From: Vulcanimicrobiota bacterium
GTDB lineage: Bacteria; Vulcanimicrobiota; Vulcanimicrobiia; Vulcanimicrobiales; Vulcanimicrobiaceae
Length of the DNA: 64,000 nucleotides
Direction: 5' to 3'
NCBI GenBank assembly: GCA_963695225.1
Contig: OY968762.1
Location: 928,001 to 992,000, forward strand
The notes beneath the pieces are model-generated. The model made no database searches. It saw nothing but the letters and a program-made list of their open reading frames with translations, and had not been told where the DNA came from. Both the position numbers and the translations under genes were made by a program. Shown piece by piece: positions 58,637 to 64,000 of the stretch (positions within the stretch are counted from its first letter, which is position 1; each line of letters begins with the position of its first letter).

Positions 58637-61600
58637 CTAGAGGCCGCGGTTCCAGGGCGCGGCGGCAAACGTAACGCGCGAAGGCTCGTCCGGGATCGCG
58701 GCGAGCCTCTCTCGAAAGAGCTGCCCTGCCCGCTCCTTCAGCTCGCGCGCGGCGCTCCGGTCCCCCGCGCGTTCGTAGGCGGAAGCGGCGACCGCGAGCG
58801 CCTGTTGCGGGGCGAAGAGGTCGTCGCGCCGCTCGCGCGCGAGGAGCACGAGCTCCCGCGCCACGGTCGCGGCGTCGGCGATGCGCCCCGCACCCAGATA
58901 GGCGCTTGCGAGCACCGCGAGATCGGCTGCCAAACTCGCCATTCGGCGCTGTCTGCGCCGCTCCGCGATCGTGCCGAGCAGCCCGCGCAGAGCGCCCCCG
59001 AACCGGCCGCGTTGGACCTCTATGCGCGCGCGCAGCGATCCGAGATCGAGCCCTACGTCGCGCGCTCTGAGCGTCCGCCCCAGCCGCTCCGCATCGGCGG
59101 CGAGCGCTTCCGCTTCCTCGAACTCCCCGCCTGCGACGAGGATTTCGGCGAAGTTCAGGCGCGCGCTCAATTCGCTCGCCGGCAGCTCGTGCTCGCGCGA
59201 AAGCGCGATCGCCTTCTCGAATTCGTATCTGCTCGTCGCGAAATCGCCGACGCGATAGGCGGCGATCCCGTCGTAGACCGCGTTCTCCGCGAAATCCCCA
59301 GGCCGGCCGACGCGGGCGAAGAGCGCCTTCGCGCTCTCGAGGCGGTTTCGCGCTTCGCGGATGCGGAACGTGAAGAGCGCCGTCAATCCGGCATCGCGCA
59401 GGGCGAACGCCTCCAAGATGCGGTCGCCGGCGGCTTCCGCCTGCGCGAGGAACTGCCGGGCGCTTTCGTAGGCCGCCCCGAACCGCTCCGAGAGCGTCTC
59501 AGCGACGCAAGTGGCATGCATCGTGCGCAGCACGAGCGTATGCGAGCCCGCTCGCGCGGCTGCAGCCCTGGCCTTTCCGGCAACCTCCTCGAAGCGCCCG
59601 CTCGTCCTGCGGGCAACCTCGAATTGCATCAGCAGCGAATGCACCTCGCCGACCGGATCGCCGCTCGCGCCGAACAGTTCGACCGCAGTGCTTAGGATCG
59701 GCATCGCACGCCGGTATTCGGAACGTTCGATCAACGCCGCCGCGTGCTCCGCAAGGACGCGAGCCTTCCACACCGCATCGTCGCCCGTGGTCCTTTCGAA
59801 GCGAGCGAGGAGATCCGCCGCCGCATCACGGTCGCCGACGGCGTTCGCAAGCCGGACGCCGCGGTAGAGCCATTCCCGCCGGATCTCGGCGTCGTCCAGC
59901 GCGTCGGCGATGCCGGCCAGCTCGTCGAGGGCCTTGCGCTGCTCCGCGCGATTCCCCGCCCGCCGGTGCGCTTCGTCCGCAGAAAGGAGCAGCGCCGCGC
60001 GGAGGCGCGGATCGGTCGCGTGCGCCAATCCACGCTGCGCGAAACGGAGCGCATCCTCGTTCGCGAAGATGTCGAGCGCCGCCAGGGCGGCGTCGCGGAA
60101 ATACGCCGCCGCGCGTTCGGGCTCGCCGCCGAGATCGAAGTGGACCGCGAGTTGCCCGATCAGTTCGATGTTCCTCGGCAGATCCGCCGCCGTCTTCTCC
60201 AGCACGTTCGCGATCCTGCGATGCCGCCGCCGACGCGTGGCGGTGCCGTTCAGGGCGTAGACCGCCGCGTGGACGAGGTGGTGCGAGAATGCATACTCCG
60301 ATCGATCCGATCTCCCGATCTCGCGCAGGATCTGGTGCTCCAACAGCTCGTCGAGCGCATCTAGGAGGCGGCTCTCGCCCCAACCGCTCGCATCGTGGAG
60401 GACTTCGAGGCTGAACGCGTTCCCCGCGACGGCCGCGAGCTGCGCCGCCGCCTGCGCATCGGAGGAGAGTCGTGCTACGCGAGCCTCGATCAACAAGCCG
60501 ACCGTGCGCGGAACGCTCTCGTCGGCGTCGCCCCCGGCGGCCGGCGCGTCGCGCAACAACTCGGAGAGGAAGAACGGATTCCCGTCGCTGTGCCGGAGCA
60601 GGCGGAGCGCGACCTCGTCCTGCTCCCCGTTCATCCCCGCGGCGTTCGCGCACGCCCCGACGATCGCGCGGACGCTCTCGAGGTCGAGCGGGCCGAGCGC
60701 GAGATGGGAGAGCGCGCCCTCCCCGGCGAGCCGCCGGCGCATGGCGCGCAGCGGATGGTCGCGCAGCGCCTCCTCCTCGCGATAGGTCGCAACGAGCATG
60801 ACCCGCGAGCGCCGCATCGCCCGGGCGAGATACTCGACGAGGGCGATCGTCGCCGTCGAGGCCCAGTGCAGATCTTCGAGTACGACGAGAAGCGGGGTGC
60901 GACCAGAGGCAGCGACGAGCGCCTCCGCGAGCGATTCGAAGATGCGCATCTGCTGGTAGGGCGAACCGATCCTCGGCGCCGGACCCGCGGGCACTTGCAG
61001 CTCCGGGAAGATCCTCGCGAGCGTGGCGCGGCGCGCGGGGCGGCGTTCGGAGGCTCCGATCTCTTCGATGTGCGAGCGCAGCGCATCGACGACCGGCTCG
61101 TACGGGACGTGGTGGCTCGCCGAGGTCGAACCGCGCAAGACGAGCGCGCCCTCGCGCCGCGCGTGCTCGGCAAGCGCTTCGCAGAGCCGCGACTTGCCGA
61201 TCCCTGCCTCGCCGCCGATCAGCGTGAACGAACCGCGTCCCTGGGTTGCGCGTGCGAAGGACGTCGCGAGCGCGTCCAGTTCCCGCTCCCGCCCGACGAG
61301 CGGCAAGGTCCGCGCGCCGAGCGACGGTGGGAAAGCGCCCGGAGCCGCTCCGGAGAGGTCGCCGAGGGCGCGTTCGTACGCCGCGGCCGTCTCGGCTGTC
61401 GGAGCGACCCCCATCTCCTCGAGCAGGCGCTTCGAGAAGCGGCGGAACTCCGCGATCGCCCCCGATCGGTCGCCGAGCGCGTGGCGGATCTCGACGATCT
61501 GGCGGATCACGTCTTCGCGCCACGGTTCGAGCGCCGAAAGCCTCGTCGCGTACGTCAGCGCTCGCGTGAAGTCGCGCTGCGCGCGGGCCTCGGCGATGAG

Positions 61601-62113
61601 TTCCGCATAGTTCGCGAGTTGAAGATTCCGCAAGCGCTCGCGCTCGTAGTACAGCCACTCGTCGTCGCACGCTTCGAGCAGGTCGCCGGAGTACAGTTCC
61701 AGCGCTTGCGCCCTACCCGCCGGGGAGGCGCTGAGGCGTTCGAATTCCTCGACGTCGAATTCGAACGGGCTCGCCCGGTTCCAGTGCAGCGTGCGCGAGC
61801 CGCCGATCAGCCACGGCTGCTCCGGGGCCGGCGGCGGCAGCGCCCGTTGCAAGTATTGCAGGTGCCGGCGCAGGTTCGAGCGCCCGTCGGACTCGTCGGC
61901 GTCCGGCCAGATCGCCGCGGCGAGGCGCTCCCGCGGAATGAGGGGCTCCCGATGGAGCAGCAGGTAGGCGAGCAGCGGCAGGGTCCGCGGCGGCGCGGAA
62001 AACGCAAACGCCCCTCCGGGCCCCGCGAAACGAGCGGCCCCAAGAAGGGCGATCCGCAGAATGGGCGGGGCTGCAACTCCCGGCGAGCGGGACTGCGGCG
62101 GCGGCACGGTCAT
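58637..62113 (-). CDS. SARP/BTAD-AAA ATPase-TPR-like regulator
   Basis: LLAYLLL wHTH; BTAD (LEPWRED); GEAGIGKS Walker A, LEDLHW and GNPFFL; helical repeats. Confidence 0.88.
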   Translation of the reverse strand: MTVPPPQSRSPGVAAPPILRIALLGAARFAGPGGAFAFSAPPRTLPLLAYLLLHREPLIPRERLAAAIWPDADESDGRSNLRRHLQYLQRALPPPAPEQPWLIGGSRTLHWNRASPFEFDVEEFERLSASPAGRAQALELYSGDLLEACDDEWLYYERERLRNLQLANYAELIAEARAQRDFTRALTYATRLSALEPWREDVIRQIVEIRHALGDRSGAIAEFRRFSKRLLEEMGVAPTAETAAAYERALGDLSGAAPGAFPPSLGARTLPLVGRERELDALATSFARATQGRGSFTLIGGEAGIGKSRLCEALAEHARREGALVLRGSTSASHHVPYEPVVDALRSHIEEIGASERRPARRATLARIFPELQVPAGPAPRIGSPYQQMRIFESLAEALVAASGRTPLLVVLEDLHWASTATIALVEYLARAMRRSRVMLVATYREEEALRDHPLRAMRRRLAGEGALSHLALGPLDLESVRAIVGACANAAGMNGEQDEVALRLLRHSDGNPFFLSELLRDAPAAGGDADESVPRTVGLLIEARVARLSSDAQAAAQLAAVAGNAFSLEVLHDASGWGESRLLDALDELLEHQILREIGRSDRSEYAFSHHLVHAAVYALNGTATRRRRHRRIANVLEKTAADLPRNIELIGQLAVHFDLGGEPERAAAYFRDAALAALDIFANEDALRFAQRGLAHATDPRLRAALLLSADEAHRRAGNRAEQRKALDELAGIADALDDAEIRREWLYRGVRLANAVGDRDAAADLLARFERTTGDDAVWKARVLAEHAAALIERSEYRRAMPILSTAVELFGASGDPVGEVHSLLMQFEVARRTSGRFEEVAGKARAAAARAGSHTLVLRTMHATCVAETLSERFGAAYESARQFLAQAEAAGDRILEAFALRDAGLTALFTFRIREARNRLESAKALFARVGRPGDFAENAVYDGIAAYRVGDFATSRYEFEKAIALSREHELPASELSARLNFAEILVAGGEFEEAEALAADAERLGRTLRARDVGLDLGSLRARIEVQRGRFGGALRGLLGTIAERRRQRRMASLAADLAVLASAYLGAGRIADAATVARELVLLARERRDDLFAPQQALAVAASAYERAGDRSAARELKERAGQLFRERLAAIPDEPSRVTFAAAPWNRGL

Positions 62114-62202
62114 ACGGTCATAGTGTAGCTTCCGGCCGGATCGAAGGCCTAGAGCGAGCGGCGGCGTCCGACCCTATTGTGACGCCGCCGCCCTGCACGC
62201 CG

Positions 62203-62751
62203 TCAGCGCGTCTGCCGGAGCGAGCGGGTGACCTGGAGGACGACCGTCGAGTTCTTCGGGATCGTCACGTTCTCGCGGCTGTTCTTCGCGAGCATATAGC
62301 CGCCGCCGGCACCCAGCAGGCCGCCCACGCCCACCCCGACCGCCTTGCCGATGATGTTCCCGACGATCATGCCGCCGACGGCTCCGCCGACTTCCTTGAG
62401 CGTATTGTTCTTCGTGTTCGTCTGCGCGCTGACGGTCGTCCCGTTGAGCGTGTAGACGTTCCCCGCGGCCGTGTTGATCTTGTCGTACGCGAGCTGGATC
62501 TTGCCGGGGCGCCCCTGCCCCGCGCGCTCCACGCTTGCGACGTGTCCGTACACTTTGGCGCCGTTGATGTTGCGGTTCTGCGAGTGGACGTTCGAGAGCG
62601 TGAAGCCGGTGCCGACCTGCGCGGACGCCGAGCTGATGTCCTGGTCGAGCGTTCCGACGAGTTCCGTGCCGGGGATGATCTGCGCGGATGCGGCCAGAGG
62701 TGAGAACGCGAGCATTCCCGAGGCGACGATAACGGCTAGTTTGCGGATCAT
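62203..62751 (-). CDS. Secreted glycine-zipper protein
   Basis: Signal peptide; GGAVGGMIVG...GGLLGAGGG zipper flanked by IPGT/IPKN segments. Confidence 0.75.
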   Translation of the reverse strand: MIRKLAVIVASGMLAFSPLAASAQIIPGTELVGTLDQDISSASAQVGTGFTLSNVHSQNRNINGAKVYGHVASVERAGQGRPGKIQLAYDKINTAAGNVYTLNGTTVSAQTNTKNNTLKEVGGAVGGMIVGNIIGKAVGVGVGGLLGAGGGYMLAKNSRENVTIPKNSTVVLQVTRSLRQTR

Positions 62752-62823
62752 AGCGTCCGAAGACTCCTCTTTAACGGTAGCGAGCTTGGTGCGCCGCGCG
62801 GAGCGGCTGACACGTGTGGAGGG

Positions 62824-63765
62824 TCAGCCCAGGTGCCCGCGCCCGTGCGGCGCGCCGAGATCCTGGTCCGGCCCGATCGGAACGATGCGCGTGGGGTTGA
62901 TCTCGTCGTGCGTGCAGTAATAATGGCGCTTGATGTGATCGAAGTTCACCGTTGCGGCGACCCCCTCGATCTGGTAGAGGTCGCGAAGATACCCAAAGAG
63001 ATTCGTGTAATCGGCGAGGCGCCGCAAGTTGCACTTGAAGTGCCCGTGATACACAGCATCGAAACGCACCAGCGTCACAAAAAGTCTCCAATCCGTCTCC
63101 ACCGGCTCCGCCCCGAAGAGGAATCGCCGCCGTGCGAGCCGCTCTTCGAGTTCCTCCAGCGTAGCGAAGACGCGATACGCCGCTTCCTCGTAGACCCGTT
63201 GGGCGGTCGCGAATCCCGCGCGATAGACGCCGTCGTTGAGCGTCTGGAAGATGTGCTCGTTCAGTTCGTCGATCTCTGCGCGGAACCGCGCCGGGTAGAG
63301 CTCGAGGCGATGCCGCGCGAATGCGCCGAACTCCGTTTCCAGCATGCGCATGATGTCGTCGTCGGAGTTGCTGACGATCCGGCGCGTCCGTTTATCCCAC
63401 AGAACCGGAACCGTAACTCGACCGCCGTACCGCGGATCCGTCGCAAGGTACGCCTCCGCGAGGAATTGAAAGCCGTTGACAGGATCTGAGGAATAGCCTT
63501 CGCCGTCGCGAAACGCCCAGCCGCGTTCATCGCGAATTGGGTCGACGACCGTCATGCCGATCGCTTCCTCCAAGCCCTGGAGCATTCGAACGATGATGGT
63601 GCGGTGTGCCCACGGGCAAGCAAGCGAAACGTACAAGTGGTAGCGCCCGGCCTGCGCCGGGAATCCCGAACTCCCGTCGGCCGAGACCCAGCGGCGAAAC
63701 GCGTCCTCCTGGCGTATGAAACGCCCGTCGGCTTGCTCTGCGGGAAATTGCGCGTTGACGTCCAT
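62824..63765 (-). CDS. Glutathionyl-hydroquinone reductase (YqjG-like GST)
   Basis: YVSLACPWAHR, VTVPVLWD, GVYRAGFA and HIKRHYY motifs. Confidence 0.92.
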   Translation of the reverse strand: MDVNAQFPAEQADGRFIRQEDAFRRWVSADGSSGFPAQAGRYHLYVSLACPWAHRTIIVRMLQGLEEAIGMTVVDPIRDERGWAFRDGEGYSSDPVNGFQFLAEAYLATDPRYGGRVTVPVLWDKRTRRIVSNSDDDIMRMLETEFGAFARHRLELYPARFRAEIDELNEHIFQTLNDGVYRAGFATAQRVYEEAAYRVFATLEELEERLARRRFLFGAEPVETDWRLFVTLVRFDAVYHGHFKCNLRRLADYTNLFGYLRDLYQIEGVAATVNFDHIKRHYYCTHDEINPTRIVPIGPDQDLGAPHGRGHLG

Positions 63766-63854
63766 CGTAATCCCATAACCCACGCGCCCGCGCGGCGGTC
63801 GCACCGTGACGTTTGCCCGCGACGGTGCAGGCTCACATCGTCTATGGTACTAGG

Positions 63855-64000
63855 GTGACATCGAAACCGGTTTCGGGCAGCGCAAGCGCCGAATTGATCG
63901 ATCGCGCGGGCCTCGACGCGCTGGTCGCCATCCTCATCGCCGACGGTTATCGCGTGCTCGGCCCCGTCGTCTCCGGCGCAGCCATCGTGAACGCACCGCT
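63855..64000 (+). CDS. N-terminus of a sulfhydrogenase-beta/AsrA-like Fe-S protein (partial)
   Basis: IDRAGLDALVAILIADGYRVLGPVVSGAAIV resembles group 3b hydrogenase beta-subunit N-termini; only about 48 codons visible. Confidence 0.55.
   Translation, partial: MTSKPVSGSASAELIDRAGLDALVAILIADGYRVLGPVVSGAAIVNAP

Overview
High-GC bacterial chromosome segment from a diderm with Terrabacteria-type signals (TonB receptor, CGAAC-N4-GTTCG SOS box, many apparently leaderless genes); Eremiobacterota/Vulcanimicrobiota-like is my inference only. Core blocks: purine genes (purL partial, PAICS-like purC, purB), holA, mtnA, riboflavin genes (ribD-ribE; HTH-ribBA-ribH), dapB-asd-ask-dapA, pcrA, fumarase, and a kdpFABC operon with an unusual split sensor. 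Accessory blocks: a lower-GC island with a transposase remnant and a 6-repeat lipoprotein, a TonB receptor/phosphoesterase/phytase locus with a Pho-box-like repeat, and an SOS-box-preceded HNH gene running into tRNA-Gln/tRNA-Glu followed by small orphans. Best novelty candidates: (1) an XRE HTH fused to RibBA with a 12-bp perfect inverted repeat directly upstream; (2) a Kdp system with a soluble tandem (KdpD-Usp)x2 protein, a separate TM-GAF kinase, a NarL-type regulator and two small peptides; (3) an SOS box-HNH-tRNA cassette; (4) an animal-PAICS-like PurC-PurE fusion with a degenerate PurE domain. All family calls are from motif recognition by eye; no searches were run.
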